Numbered from the stretch's first letter, positions 36,784 to 48,360 are shown. The stretch is 64,000 bases of DNA from an uncultured Nitrospinota bacterium (GCA_963707985.1 CAVPRW010000025.1:1-64000), one strand, 5' to 3'. Notes: a model not told the origin generated them from the letters alone. A program made the numbers and translations.

Positions 36784-37184
36784 ACTTAAAGGTGTCAGTC
36801 AGACACACCCGCCGGCTCCAGGGCACTGAGACCAACAGCCTCATCACGAGCTATTGCAGGCCGAAGCAGCGGATGACAGGCTTCCTCGTCGAGTGGACCG
36901 CATCGTGAGAGTAGCCTTTAGCCTCTATCCGGCGCCCGGCGTGGTACGAAACGATGAGCAGACACCAATTCACTTGAAGATGAAGATGGGCGTTCCGTCG
37001 AGGAGGTCATCATCCCAGGCCAGGATCTGATCTCGCGGCATGAGATGCGCCTCCTGGACTGGGATGATCCAAATGGCCAGTTGCCGTTTGTCCAATCGGT
37101 AGGCAAAAAAGCTCTGCTTTTGTCGTCCGGGTGATGCGGATGTTGGTAACATCCAATCTGACTGGGGCCTCTCCCTTACGCCCA

Positions 37185-38426
37185 CTATAGGCTCATTAAT
37201 GCCTTGGCGCGCTTCAGAAGGCGTCGGCGGTTGTCGAGCCCGTTGAGGCCACCGTTGATGCGCGTGGTGATGCCGGTCAAATCATCGGCATCGGCGAGCT
37301 GGTTGAGATTGCGCCTGACCCAGAACCAGCCTGCCACATCGACGCACAGGTCAGGATCGGTTTCGAGCAACTCGGGATGAGCGAGGAGCTCAGCTTCTCG
37401 GCCAATGGCGCGTCCGTACTCGCGATAATTGGCGCGCCCAGTCAGCTGGATAAGGCCACGCCCTTTGAAGCGGGGGCCATCGCCAGACTGCGTATTACCC
37501 AGGTCACTGCGGCCCTCGTACGCCTCTCCGCTGGCGATTTCGGCACGGAAGCGCAACTCGCCAGATTCATGGCCGATTTGGGCGAGAAAGTGGGCTTGGC
37601 GCAGCGGCGTATCGATCTTGCGATTAGCCACTACAGTCGCAATTCTCTTGGAGAGGTCAGCCACATCCCTGTCGGCCGCCCGCAGGTACACGAAGGAGAG
37701 TAAGGCTGCATCGATGGAGGTAGGCAACAATTCACACAGGCTCGTCACGACCTCCCCACCTGCTTCCACCCGGCCGTTGGGGGCCTGCTCGCCCAACACA
37801 CTGCGCTGAAAAGCCATGATGGCCTTGAGCGTCTTCTGGCCAAAGACGCCATCGGGTTTGAGCGCGTCTTCGTCGATCTCAATCCGCCCGGCCTCAGCAC
37901 ACAGGTTGAGTAGACGCTGCACGGTTTCAACATCGTCGCGTTGGTTCGAACATTGCGGGCCGACCGCGGCCAGTATGATGCCGGCACCGTCTCTGGAAGT
38001 TAATGCGGGCGCGGCTCTTTGTGAATTGACGCCCGCGCTCGGCACCGGCGAGGACGTTGGAGTCGCAGTACTGTCGCGCCGCTCGAAGTGGGGCGTGTCC
38101 TTGAAGGACGCCCAGTTGCCGCCCCATCGGTTAGCCGGGTCGAGGCTTTCCCAGAACTCCCCGAGGGCTCGTAGCTCTTCAAGATTGTAGGTGAGGTTGA
38201 GTGTGCCGTCGGGCCCCTCCCGGAAAAAATTGAGGTCGATGGCGAGCCGCTTGAGATGCAGGCTCTTCATCGTCTTGCTGCGACCATGCTTCACGTGCAG
38301 GGCTTGCTGTTCCGGAGTGCGGTAGAGCTCGCCCCCGGAAGCGATGAATCCGAGCTCATGCGCCTTGCGGACCAACTCTGAAACGTGCAGCAGGAACACC
38401 GCTTGTTCGCGTACCAGGCTCATCAC
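37185..38426 (-). CDS. Modular peptidoglycan hydrolase: M15 peptidase + PG-binding + GH19
   Basis: YRTPEQQ, SLHLKRLAIDL, WGGNW..DTPHFE (M15); DVETVQRLLN..DGVFGQKT..AI..FQ (PG-binding); HFLAQIGHES, YEGRSDLGN, FKGRGLIQLTGRANY (GH19). Confidence 0.9.
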   Translation of the reverse strand: MMSLVREQAVFLLHVSELVRKAHELGFIASGGELYRTPEQQALHVKHGRSKTMKSLHLKRLAIDLNFFREGPDGTLNLTYNLEELRALGEFWESLDPANRWGGNWASFKDTPHFERRDSTATPTSSPVPSAGVNSQRAAPALTSRDGAGIILAAVGPQCSNQRDDVETVQRLLNLCAEAGRIEIDEDALKPDGVFGQKTLKAIMAFQRSVLGEQAPNGRVEAGGEVVTSLCELLPTSIDAALLSFVYLRAADRDVADLSKRIATVVANRKIDTPLRQAHFLAQIGHESGELRFRAEIASGEAYEGRSDLGNTQSGDGPRFKGRGLIQLTGRANYREYGRAIGREAELLAHPELLETDPDLCVDVAGWFWVRRNLNQLADADDLTGITTRINGGLNGLDNRRRLLKRAKALMSL

Positions 38427-39058
38427 CGACCCTCCCCTTGGGCACCCTCTTGCTGTGCGCGCATCGCGTCATTGAGGACAGTGAGTTTCTCTTCTTTGCT
38501 CTTGCTCCCCGCGCTCGATCCAAAAAAGAATTGGATGATGGCCGACAGCGACACGCCGAGCAGGAAGCCGAGGACGGTGTCAATCACGCGCAAGGCCTGA
38601 GCATTGTTCTCTTTCGTATAGTCATAGAGAAACGCGGCCCAGAAAATGAAGATGAAGGTCAGCAGGGAGAGGCCACTGGCATAGTAGTATATGAAGCGCC
38701 TGGCGAATGCGTCGTCGCTTGCCAGCGCAGCCTGCTGCAGAGCGCGCGCGCTCACACGATCGGCCTGGTGCAGCCTCTCAACTTCGAGCACATGAGCGTC
38801 GGCCTGCTGCCGGTATTCGAGGAGTTTCGTCTGGTATTGGAACTCGAATTCCTTGAGTTTCGCCCATTGTTCTTCGGTGAGTTTGTCGTCCGCGGCATCG
38901 TTGATGTCGATGCCGGTTTTTTCCTCGATCAAGCCTGCGACTTCCTCGGTCCCCTTGTCCAAGGCACCGCGAAACACGCCGCTGAGCAGATCGAGCCCCC
39001 GCTTGGCAAGTGCTGGAGCGATGGCCGTGAGGGCTGCAGCAATGAGTGGTACTGGCAT
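38423..39058 (-). CDS. Holin-like membrane protein (3TM/GTA-holin-like)
   Basis: Hydrophobic N-terminus, DR.SAR motif, two C-terminal TMs ending FFFGSS; stop overlaps the lysin start. Confidence 0.7.
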   Translation of the reverse strand: MPVPLIAAALTAIAPALAKRGLDLLSGVFRGALDKGTEEVAGLIEEKTGIDINDAADDKLTEEQWAKLKEFEFQYQTKLLEYRQQADAHVLEVERLHQADRVSARALQQAALASDDAFARRFIYYYASGLSLLTFIFIFWAAFLYDYTKENNAQALRVIDTVLGFLLGVSLSAIIQFFFGSSAGSKSKEEKLTVLNDAMRAQQEGAQGEGR

Positions 39059-39542
39059 ATGCAGTTCCCCTTCTCTAAAGTGACCGTGGGTGTGGCTCAC
39101 ATCGAGTAGCCACTTTTCCTGGTATGTTGGATCAACATGTTACGGGTGTTTTCCCATAACCGGTACCTATGGGACCCTATAAGACTGAAGAGGCTCCTGG
39201 AGACTGACACAATGTTTTCCACGTCACGCGGTTTGACCTCCTGTAGAGATTGTCCCAACCGGTTTCATGCGGCTGACTGGTCGACGGGCGACCACACCTG
39301 CAGCGAGCGGTCTTGGCGATGCACTGACACTAGAGCCGCTTCCCGGCCACTCTACGCTCCCGATTGCAAGAGTGACGCCATCGTGAATACTGCATGCGCA
39401 TCTGCTCTATTGGCGCAAGGGGCGTAGATTCATGGTAGCGTTTGGCCTGAACGAGTCGTGCAGCATTACACAGATGCGGCGCCTTTATCGCTGGGCAAGG
39501 GCTAAAACGCTCGCATTAGCGGCAGGCTTCAAGGTGTGTCTA

Positions 39543-39896
39543 TCATTGACCATCACTGGTTAGATCACTACAAGGCGACGGCAATGGATCGAGGTCGCCC
39601 AGAGACTCTTGCCATTCCTGCTTCAGCATTGTGAGTTGCAGGCGAAAGCGCTCGAAGGCCTTGAAGTAGCGGTCCAGGTCATCCGGGGTCATGAGTATTC
39701 CAGCAGCGGAGAGGTGGAGCAAGTGCTGCCCCAGGTGATGGATATGTTGATGCTCGCGGCCAATGACAGCAAAGGCGGGATGCTCAGGGGGGAGCGTCGG
39801 GGTCTCCTGGTAGTACCACTCCCCAAACCGACATTGGCGATAGGGTTCCGGCTGCAGGTCACGACTGTCAGGCTGTAGCGGGTTAATCAGCCTCAT
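39543..39896 (-). pseudogene. CZB (chemoreceptor zinc-binding) domain fragment, DgcZ-like
   Basis: QCRFGEWYY..HPAF..IGREHQHIH; ends at LDPL where a GGDEF domain would begin. Confidence 0.6.
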
Positions 39897-39924
39897 GTTT
39901 CATTAGAGGACCCTAGGCATAGAC

Positions 39925-42900
39925 TCACTCCAGCCAGAAATCGCTAGGCCAAACGCGCGGCAAGAGTTTTCCGGGAACATCGCCTTCGAGCTCTGCGAGT
40001 TGGGATTCCGGGGCAATAGCGAAAAACACCACTTGCACCGCTGACTGCAAAGCGTGATCTTCTGACCCCATTGTGACGCTGGCCATGACGCGGGGCACAG
40101 TATCGCGGACACGCTGGAGGAGTTGGGGGTCCCTCCGTAGCCGCCCGAGTATTTGCGAGAAGCGCTGCATCCGCTCCGGCGTCAGCCCCTCCCTGAAGTC
40201 AATGGCTATGGCTTCCGCGCGTGCCGATGGTGAGAGGGCGGTGCGCGAAAAGGCAAAGCTCTGGGCGAGCGCGTAATCGACGGCCGACGACTGGTTAGGT
40301 TGGGAACCCGCTTTGGTCATGGCGCGAATAAAAGTCAGCGTGGCCCGCACACTGGGACAGCGATCTGCATAATAGAGGATCGTACCTTCGCGGGGGCGAA
40401 CATCCAGCCCGTTACCATAGGCCAGGCCCGCCTCCCAGACCTTTTTATACCAGGTGTGGGGGCCAGTTCCAGCCAACGATTTACCCGCCAGAACTGTAAT
40501 CACCGAGGCGTCGTCGAGGTCCCGATAGGTTGGCCCTTTAGCCGTTACCACCACGTTTCCTGTCAAAGAACGCTCATGGACGTACCCCACATAGGTGGGA
40601 TAGCCGATGGCCAGCTCTGGATAACGGCGCTGAAGTCTCGGCCACACGACCGGCGGGGCGTCGCGAGGAGGTTCTCTCACGTCCCGGAGCGGAAACGATC
40701 GTACCAGGGCTTCAACGTGTGGGCGGGCCTGCTGGAGAAGAAGTCGGTCACCCATGAGCCACAGCCGCAAACGCGAGCGGTCGAGGATGAGCGCCTGGAG
40801 CTCACGCATTTCCTGGATGGCTTGGGCTGCTCCCACCTGGAGATCGGCGAGTGCTTCGGCACTCGAACGCTGTATGCCCTCTCGGACGAACGCTGGTGGC
40901 CATGCCTGCAGCTGGCCTCGCCAGTAGTCAACGAGCTGTCCTCGTAAGCCGGTTTCCTGTATGTCCGCCAGCACCAGCGCGATCTCCGTGACCGAGACAG
41001 TTTGCAATGACGCCAGGAGTCTGCTGGCGAATGCCTCTAAATCCTGTAACGTTTCCGTCGGGACTGGCCCGGCAAGCTGCCAGGCAAGGCGCTGCAAGTG
41101 GTGAGCACGTGTTGGTGGCGCCATGAGGCTGAGATACAGATGATCATCCTGATAGCGGAAGGCCTGCGCCAGTGTTTCAATCCACTCTTCCTCCGGACGC
41201 TGGGTCAGGGTGCGCTCGAGGCTGAGATGTTGTTGCAAGAGATCACGGAGCCGCGACAGGTTGTCCGGACCTAGCGCATTGGCGTGCGTCACGCTCCTGA
41301 CAGAGTCGAGCGCGGCGCCGAATTCCTTCAGCCCCACTCCGGAGGCCGTGATCATCAGCTCGTAGCGCTTGGCCTCAGGGGCGGTGCTGTAGCGAGTCTC
41401 CAGGCGATAGAGATGGCGCTGGATATGCTCTTCAAAGGGAGGATTCGGCGTCATTCCCTCCCCCTCGTCTATCCCGGTCGAGCGCAGCAGCGCCGGAAGT
41501 AGTGGTAAATACCGGTAAAGATGACTTGGCACGTCACGAAGATCGAACGCAAGGCCGATCTCCGTCAGCGCCGCGCCTTCGACATAACTAGCCACCGTCG
41601 GCACCCCAGCAATGGTCAGTTGAGCATAGGACAGCGTGTCGTCAAAAGTGCGCGGCGGATGCATGGTGAAGGTAGGTAACGCCATCGGCTGAGTGGTTCC
41701 CGAGTGCTGCACCTGCTGATTGGACCGATCGGCTTCAAACCTCCGCAACGCCTCCTGGTCGTCAACACCGCCATAGCGCTGCTGGATGGCGGTGAGTGCG
41801 GTGGCCAGGCGTGCTTGCCGCTCCTGATCCAGCTGTTGCAGCAGGACAGGGGAGGGAATTGCGGCCGTTCCATACGGCAGGTCGAGGAGTCCCGCCTGTT
41901 CGATCACCCCACGCCAGATGTTGGTGCTGGACTCGATCTCCGTTTCCAACCGCGCCCAGGAGGCTTGCCAGTCGAGCGACCGACGCCCGGCCGCTTCTTG
42001 GTCGAGCAACTCCAGATGCTCGAGCCACGTAGCTTCGAGGCGTCGCTGGCCAAAGCCTGGTGGAGTGGTGTGCCATACGGTCAGGGCCCGTCGGCGGGCG
42101 GTAAGATACGCGAGGATTTGGCGATTGAGTGCTAGCAGCTCGCTGGATCCGTCGCGATAGCTGGCGATCTCCCGAAGCTTGGCCTGTACATGGCCGCGGA
42201 GCTCTTCGAGTCGTTCGATGGTGAGGCGATCACCCGGGATGCCTTCAATCCACAACAGAATGACCGGCCATGCCGGATCATAGGTGGGCAGGAACATGCT
42301 GCCCACCTCAGTCGCTCCAAGATCGATTCCCTGCGTCTGGCGGTCGACCAGCCGGCGATAGAGCATCGACTGGGGGCCCTGCCCAAAGGCAGCCAGCAAG
42401 GCCTCAAGGCGCAAACGATCATCGAGAGAGGGCAGATGGATGGGAGGCCACCCGAACAGGATCGGTGCCGGGTCGGTGGCATCCTTGCTGGGCCAAGGCA
42501 CGAGCTGCAACTCCCGATGCTCGGCCGACAGAACGCGAGGGGAGGGTGTGACGACGGTCTCGCGTGGGGTGGTGGACTCGGTGCGGTGGAATGCAGCAAG
42601 GAGGCTTTCGAGGCCCGTAAGCACCTGTTCAGGTGGCTGCTGGCGATCCATGACGATCACCAGTGGCGTGCTGGGTCCCAGGACATAGTGCTGGCGGTGA
42701 AACCGGCGTATCTCCCTCGGTGTGAGGGTACGGATGGCATCTGGCGTCCCGCCAGCCTGAAACGTCAGTGGATGGTCTGACCCCAACACCAATTTCAACA
42801 GGGCATACCAGGAGTCGTAGAGCCCCTGCTGGCTATGCATCTCGGTATACACCGTGCCCTGTTCGGTCAGCCAGCGCTGACCCGTGCGCGGCTCAGTGGC

Positions 42901-43500
42901 GACACCAATCTGATACACCTCTTGTTGGGCCTCGGTATCGCTGAAATCGGGATGGAAGAGGGCCTCCAGCAGCTGTTTCAACACTTCGTAAAAGGATGTC
43001 GGACCACTGCCAGTGTAGAAGTGATACCAAGTGTAGCGCTCGGCCGTAGCCGCCGTGATGCTACCCAGGCGCATGTCGGCCAGCGTCTGGAGTGCACGCC
43101 CCGTCGTGCCTTTGCCGAGGAGAAGATGCTCCAACGCGTGAGCCGCGCCATGGTCTGCCTGGGGATACGTACGGACCATAAGCGCCGCCTGCGGAGCCGT
43201 GTCCATCCACAGGAAGTGCACGGGGAGGCCGATGGCCAAGTGGGTCAAGCGCAGCCCGATGACTTGCTCAGTATGATTCGTGTAGTGCGCCACGACCCTA
43301 AATCCCGCGATGGCCTGTCCGATGGGGAAGCGCGCTGGAGGCGTCTTGCTCTTGCGAATGAGTGGGCCCATGGCCTGTTGCCCCAAGGTGTCAGCCGACA
43401 GGCCGATGACCGACAGTATCAGGCCTATCACCAAGAGCCGGGCCGTCGTGCGCTTACCGTCGCTGGAGATCGTGGCGTCTTCCGGTCTGGCTCGGTTCAC
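39925..43500 (-). CDS. Large M16 (insulinase/presequence-protease-like) metallopeptidase with predicted signal peptide
   Basis: Inverted zinc motif HALEH, GTVYTEM, FHRQHY; hydrophobic N-terminus; GTG 43500 overlaps the PPTase stop (GTGA). Confidence 0.82.
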   Translation of the reverse strand: MNRARPEDATISSDGKRTTARLLVIGLILSVIGLSADTLGQQAMGPLIRKSKTPPARFPIGQAIAGFRVVAHYTNHTEQVIGLRLTHLAIGLPVHFLWMDTAPQAALMVRTYPQADHGAAHALEHLLLGKGTTGRALQTLADMRLGSITAATAERYTWYHFYTGSGPTSFYEVLKQLLEALFHPDFSDTEAQQEVYQIGVATEPRTGQRWLTEQGTVYTEMHSQQGLYDSWYALLKLVLGSDHPLTFQAGGTPDAIRTLTPREIRRFHRQHYVLGPSTPLVIVMDRQQPPEQVLTGLESLLAAFHRTESTTPRETVVTPSPRVLSAEHRELQLVPWPSKDATDPAPILFGWPPIHLPSLDDRLRLEALLAAFGQGPQSMLYRRLVDRQTQGIDLGATEVGSMFLPTYDPAWPVILLWIEGIPGDRLTIERLEELRGHVQAKLREIASYRDGSSELLALNRQILAYLTARRRALTVWHTTPPGFGQRRLEATWLEHLELLDQEAAGRRSLDWQASWARLETEIESSTNIWRGVIEQAGLLDLPYGTAAIPSPVLLQQLDQERQARLATALTAIQQRYGGVDDQEALRRFEADRSNQQVQHSGTTQPMALPTFTMHPPRTFDDTLSYAQLTIAGVPTVASYVEGAALTEIGLAFDLRDVPSHLYRYLPLLPALLRSTGIDEGEGMTPNPPFEEHIQRHLYRLETRYSTAPEAKRYELMITASGVGLKEFGAALDSVRSVTHANALGPDNLSRLRDLLQQHLSLERTLTQRPEEEWIETLAQAFRYQDDHLYLSLMAPPTRAHHLQRLAWQLAGPVPTETLQDLEAFASRLLASLQTVSVTEIALVLADIQETGLRGQLVDYWRGQLQAWPPAFVREGIQRSSAEALADLQVGAAQAIQEMRELQALILDRSRLRLWLMGDRLLLQQARPHVEALVRSFPLRDVREPPRDAPPVVWPRLQRRYPELAIGYPTYVGYVHERSLTGNVVVTAKGPTYRDLDDASVITVLAGKSLAGTGPHTWYKKVWEAGLAYGNGLDVRPREGTILYYADRCPSVRATLTFIRAMTKAGSQPNQSSAVDYALAQSFAFSRTALSPSARAEAIAIDFREGLTPERMQRFSQILGRLRRDPQLLQRVRDTVPRVMASVTMGSEDHALQSAVQVVFFAIAPESQLAELEGDVPGKLLPRVWPSDFWLE

Positions 43501-44252
43501 GATGGCCTGCTCCAGTGCCAGCAGGCGAGCTGCCAACCCTGACCCTCCACTGCCAAGGCCGCGACATAGCCCGGCCCAGGAGGGAGTGCCTGCAGAGACC
43601 AGCGCAGGGCTTCCCGCGGATCACTTCGCGTGGCCAAGAGCGCCGCTGGCTCACCAGGGGCCAGCGACACATCGAATTGGTCTAGCGGCAGCGACAATCC
43701 CTCTCCATGGGCTTTGATATACGCCTCCTTCCGCGTCCAGCAGGTGAAGAAGGCCTCATGCTTCGCCGCCGCAGGAAGGGCGCGGAGGGTGGCACATTCC
43801 TGGGAGGAGAAGAAGTGTTCAGCGATTTCCTCACCGCGGATTTCCCGACCCAGGTATTCGATATCGACGCCGATTTCCCGGTCACAGGTGACGGCAAACA
43901 GGGCCATTTCATGGGAATGCGAGATATTGAAGCGTACCCCCGTGGCATCAAAGCCATCGGCCAGGGCCGGCTTGCCGTAGGCACTATAACGAAATCCCAG
44001 CTCGGACGCTGGTACACCCAGGTAACGGCCGAGAATGTCCCTGAGCACCCCGCGGGCAACGGTAAAGCGTCGGCGATCTCGGGGGAAGTGAAAACGTGCG
44101 GCGCGCTGCGATTCGTCAGCGGAGAGGGTGGGTTGTAGTTGCGCAACACATGATGCATCAGGGTCGAGGCAGGCCCGCCAGACATGGACCTCAGCGCTCG
44201 ACAGTGTCAGATCTACCTGTGGAAGGTGCCAGTGATGATCGAGGCTCGTCAT
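43497..44252 (-). CDS. Sfp/HetI-type 4'-phosphopantetheinyl transferase
   Basis: YGKPAL, FNISHS, IGVDIE, WTRKEAYIKAHGEGL. Confidence 0.95.
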   Translation of the reverse strand: MTSLDHHWHLPQVDLTLSSAEVHVWRACLDPDASCVAQLQPTLSADESQRAARFHFPRDRRRFTVARGVLRDILGRYLGVPASELGFRYSAYGKPALADGFDATGVRFNISHSHEMALFAVTCDREIGVDIEYLGREIRGEEIAEHFFSSQECATLRALPAAAKHEAFFTCWTRKEAYIKAHGEGLSLPLDQFDVSLAPGEPAALLATRSDPREALRWSLQALPPGPGYVAALAVEGQGWQLACWHWSRPS

Positions 44253-44344
44253 GTCCGTTGCCCTCCGCTGCTCTTGCCATGGTTCACAAGCCATCTTGCT
44301 TGCATCGACCTACGATAGGTTTTTCGGGGAGAGCGATTAGAGTT

Positions 44345-44545
44345 CATCTCGATTAAACCATGGGTACCATCGGGTCAGACGCAGACGAAAGTTATACAGC
44401 GCAGAGCAGACTTCCATGACGAGATCTCGGACACCAACCTTTTGAAGGCGGCTGATGTCGTAGACGATGCGACAGCGCTTGAGGCTGCTGTTGACATGCT
44501 CGATGCGCACGCGACGGCTACTGTCACGACGGCTTGCGCGGCGTT
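44345..44545 (-). mobile_element. IS5-like (DDE_Tnp_4) transposase C-terminal remnant
   Basis: RRVRIEHVNSSLKRCRIV..RDLVMEVCSALYNFR. Confidence 0.7.
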
Positions 44546-44877
44546 GCCTGCCGATGGTGTGGTCCTGCAGGCAGGCCACCAACGCGTGATCGAAATGGGG
44601 CAGCGGCCCTGTGCATTCTAGCTCGGTTCACCTCGTCATCACTTGCAAACCTCCAGCACGTTGGGTCACATCCTCGTCGCATGGCATAGGCACCTCCGAT
44701 ACGCCATTGTTCAGCGGGAGACATCCTACACTCTAAAGCTTGATAATGTCTAATGACGATCGGGGCTTGATGCCGATGATAACCGTTAATGAAACAAGCC
44801 ATCTGAAGGAGCAGCGCCATGAAAAGCTCGTCCTCGCAGAGCTGGAGCGACTTCGAGTCCCCTAATGAGCGCAAGAG

Positions 44878-46419
44878 TCAGTCAACATGAGGGGGTATAT
44901 TAGATGTTGATCCTTCCTGTAGCGGCCCGCAGTACACCTCCGTCATTTTGCGAAAATGATAGCCCAGTGCGGCCAGCATGACTGCCTGCGGAAACTTGTC
45001 GCGGTGGGAGGCCGTGACCTCTCGCATGTAGTGCCAGAACTCGCCGCGTTCAGTGTCACGTACGCCGAGCGAAAGCATGACTCGCGCCAGCGCCGCGAGG
45101 TCGCTGGCGAGGCTGCCGCGACGTGGTTCCGGCATGTGCTGTTCGACCCGCTTCAGGCTATCCAGTGCGCGCCGGTAATACTCCTTCGAGCTGTAGATTG
45201 TGCGTAGGATCGTTTTATAACCCTCGACTAGCCGCTCCGCGTTCATCCTGGGAACGAAGCTCAACGAGCAGTCGGTGTTATTCCCGGTCGTCTCACCGAG
45301 CAGTCGCCCCTCGCCCTCCAGCCGCCGCCAAAGCTGCGTGTCGGGCAGCGCCCCCAGCAGGCCGACCATGGCGAGCGGAATGGCGCTCTCCCGGATAAAA
45401 TTGACCTGCCGCTCGAAAATATCTTCAGGGTCGTTGTCGAAGCCGACGATAAAACCGGCCATCACCTCGAGCCCATGTGATTGAATCTTCTTCACCGATT
45501 CGAGCAGGTCACGCCGGGTATTCTGTCCCTTCTGCGCTTCCTTGAGGCTCGCTTCCACCGGCGTTTCGATGCCTAGAAAGACGCGGCGGAAGCCGGCGCG
45601 CCGCATGTCATCGAGCAGATCATCGTTGTCAGCAAGGTTGACGCTCGCTTCGGTGACGAACGAAAATGGATAATGATGGCGCTCAGACCATTCGACCAAT
45701 TCGGGGAGTAGACGCTTAACGTTGCGCTTGTTGCCGATGAAATTGTCGTCAACGATAAACACCCCCCCGCGCCAGCCAGTCTGTATAAGTGCGTCCAGTT
45801 CGGCGAGCATCTGCTCGTTACTTTTCGTACGCGGGACGCGGCCATACATCTCGATGATGTCGCAGAATTCGCAATTGAAGGGGCAGCCGCGCGAGTATTG
45901 CAGTGACATCGCCCAGTAGCTCTTGAGGTCGGCGAGTTGGAAATCAGGGACGGGGGTGGCGAATAGTACTGGTCGCTCTGCGGCTTGATAGATGCGTCGG
46001 GCATCGCCGCGCTGCAAGTCGTGCACAAACTCAGGCAGTGTATCTTCGGCCTCGCCGACGAAGATGTGATCGGCTTCGGGTACACTCGTTGGGCTTGTGG
46101 TAATGTACGGCCCGCCCACCACCAAGCGCTTCCCGAGCGCCTTGCTCAGCGCCACAACTCCACGCAGCGATTCCTTCTGCACGATCATCGCGCTGGTAAA
46201 CACCATGTCCGCCCACTCGATGTCGGACGAACGTAGCGGTTGCACATTCATATCCACCAGACGCCGTTCCCAAGTGTTCGGCAGCATCGCGGAAACAGTC
46301 ATCAGTCCCAGCGGTGGGAACGTGGAACGCTTGCCCTCAAATGAAAGAGCATATCGAAAGCTCCAGTAGGTGTCAGGAAATTCTGGATAAACGAGCAAGA
46401 CCTTCTTGTGGTCATTCAT
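44878..46419 (-). CDS. B12-binding radical SAM protein (DUF4070-type)
   Basis: N-terminal cobalamin domain (PPLGL, VVGGP), [24 protein letters not shown]. Confidence 0.93.
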   Translation of the reverse strand: MNDHKKVLLVYPEFPDTYWSFRYALSFEGKRSTFPPLGLMTVSAMLPNTWERRLVDMNVQPLRSSDIEWADMVFTSAMIVQKESLRGVVALSKALGKRLVVGGPYITTSPTSVPEADHIFVGEAEDTLPEFVHDLQRGDARRIYQAAERPVLFATPVPDFQLADLKSYWAMSLQYSRGCPFNCEFCDIIEMYGRVPRTKSNEQMLAELDALIQTGWRGGVFIVDDNFIGNKRNVKRLLPELVEWSERHHYPFSFVTEASVNLADNDDLLDDMRRAGFRRVFLGIETPVEASLKEAQKGQNTRRDLLESVKKIQSHGLEVMAGFIVGFDNDPEDIFERQVNFIRESAIPLAMVGLLGALPDTQLWRRLEGEGRLLGETTGNNTDCSLSFVPRMNAERLVEGYKTILRTIYSSKEYYRRALDSLKRVEQHMPEPRRGSLASDLAALARVMLSLGVRDTERGEFWHYMREVTASHRDKFPQAVMLAALGYHFRKMTEVYCGPLQEGSTSNIPPHVD

Positions 46420-48099
46420 TATCTAATCTTTGCATAAGTGAGTACCAATTGGGATGTGTCGAGAACGATCTTCAGGTCATGCTTTTCCCTACGGGCAACT
46501 AAACTCCACCTTGGCGAACTCAGCAAATATTTCTTCAACGTCTGCCCTGGCAAGTGCGACGGCTGCTTCACAACTGTCAAGTGCTAAGAGCCGCTCTGCT
46601 TCGATTACTCTACTCGACCAGGGAGAGGTAGCTTTCCATTCTTAAACAACCAACATGCAAACCGGCACGGACACCCGCAACAGCCGATGCGGATAGTCTA
46701 TCGTCAAGCATAGACGCGCCAAACATGAATCGAAGTCGGGGAGAAATCCCTATCACAGAGCGTCAATGATGTTTTCACAAGCTGCACTATAATGTTTTGG
46801 TTCCCCAGCTCCTTCATCCGAATAGAACCAACAATGGGCGTTTCCAGACCGGAAGCGTCATTCTCCAGGAGAAGGATGATTGCATACATGTGATGGGCCA
46901 CAGCTCAACGATAGTCAAATTCGGTGCCTGTAGGTTGAGCATACAAAGCCGTCCACTGGAGCACACGGGTCAACTGGTCACTTAGTGTAAGCACTTGGCG
47001 TAGCACCCGCTCAGATTTTTCCGTGGAGACTGCTGCGCTCAAGCGCGCCTACCTTGTGAGTATTTGGTAATTTCTCCCTCTAACCTCCCCAACGATCTTG
47101 CTGGGGAGGTGCACCTCAGCGCTTATTGGAGCGGCTTATACAGAAAGGTTTCAGCATTATAGCCCAATTAAAGATTGAATACCTCAAGCGTTTCGGCGTT
47201 ATTGCCGGTCGCGAGTCACACCCGGAAGACCGTATCATAATTGATATCTGGTAGCTCTTGGGAACAGCAAAGGGAGGAGTTCCCCCGCCCTCTTGTTGTC
47301 TGGTCTCTGCTGAAGGGTCTCTAGAGCAACCGTCACACATACGAGGAAGCCATATGGTCTCCACAGCTCCCCTGCACGTAGCCCCCAGGTATCTACCATA
47401 GTACTGTGCTTATCTCTTGCCCATGGTAAGGACACCTTCCAGACACGGCACACCTGCCTACTAGGTGGGGAGGTCAGGCCAGGGGCTCCCCCATGGCTCT
47501 CATCGCCGAGCAGCCGACGGAAGGGGTGTCAGACCATACCAATCAGGCCTTAGCAGGTGAGGGACCCCCTGCGCATGGAGACCGAGCATGACCCGACGGG
47601 TGCGTCTGTCCACGTTCCTCTCTGCTCTAGCACAACCGCCTCGTGTGTACCGAACGCCCCTGGCCACATGCCGCGTTGCACGGTGGGTGCTTGGCGTGTG
47701 GTCTGGTGAGCTCCCGGTCATGGCCTCTACAGCCCCCATCGCACTGGCCTAGGATGCGGTGCGGTCAGCACATGTGACGGGCCAGCGCCTGTGCTATGGC
47801 GACAGGGTGACTGATGGGGCTGAGGTGGAGCAAGGCTCCGATTCCACGAATGCCTCCTCGGTTCTGCTGCAGCATCTGCCGAAGATTCCGTGGGAGCAAA
47901 GGCGTTGATCTCGGTGGATAGTGACGAGGTACACGGTGAGGATGGGCGTGCCCACCAGGCCATCGACGGGAATATCAGGACGATCTGGCACAGCGAACGC
48001 TTGGCCGCCTTTTGGGAGCCACAGGGACTCGCGCCCGGGTGCATGCGGCAGTCCCGTGAGATGGAAGAAGCGCGAAGGCGGGTCCCAAACTTCTGTGGG

Positions 48100-48360
48100 C
48101 CTTGCGCCTGGTCTGGGACGGCGGGCCAGGCTGGGCGATGGCCACGCCGGCGCTCGTGGTCGTACAAGGGACCTTACCGTTACTGGCCCTCTCCCGTGCG
48201 TTCTCACGTGACGCACAGACCCTAGGGCTGGAGGAACCCACCAGTACGCTTGCCGCCAGGGCCGAATTCGAGGTCTTTGACACGTTCAAGGCGCTGGTTA
48301 AGGGCCGTTCAGCCCTCCTCATCAGCCATCGGCTCTCCATCGTCCGGATGGCCGAGTCGC
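48100..48360 (+). pseudogene. ABC exporter remnant (N- and C-terminal ends joined by deletion)
   Basis: LRLVW..W....LVVVQGTLPL joined to LSRAF..LEEPTS..AEFEVF..ALLISHRLS. Confidence 0.7.

Noticed and set aside
36970..37185. Third gene (spanin-like) coupled to the lysin
   Set aside because: No TM helix or lipobox and no recognisable motif
33300..39100. Prophage (recombinase plus lysis genes)
   Set aside because: No capsid, tail, terminase or replication genes; the recombinase is a transposon-type remnant
44878..46419. Radical SAM as a RiPP maturase
   Set aside because: Belongs to a common stand-alone family; no RRE/SPASM domain or convincing precursor ORF nearby
46450..47500. Riboswitch or ncRNA in the lower-GC intergenic stretch
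   Set aside because: No recognisable aptamer or intron motif by eye; an Rfam/Infernal scan would be needed
47880..47998. Discoidin (F5/8 type C) domain gene
   Set aside because: Only about 35 codons of similarity (VDSDE..AIDGN..TIWHS); a fragment, not a gene
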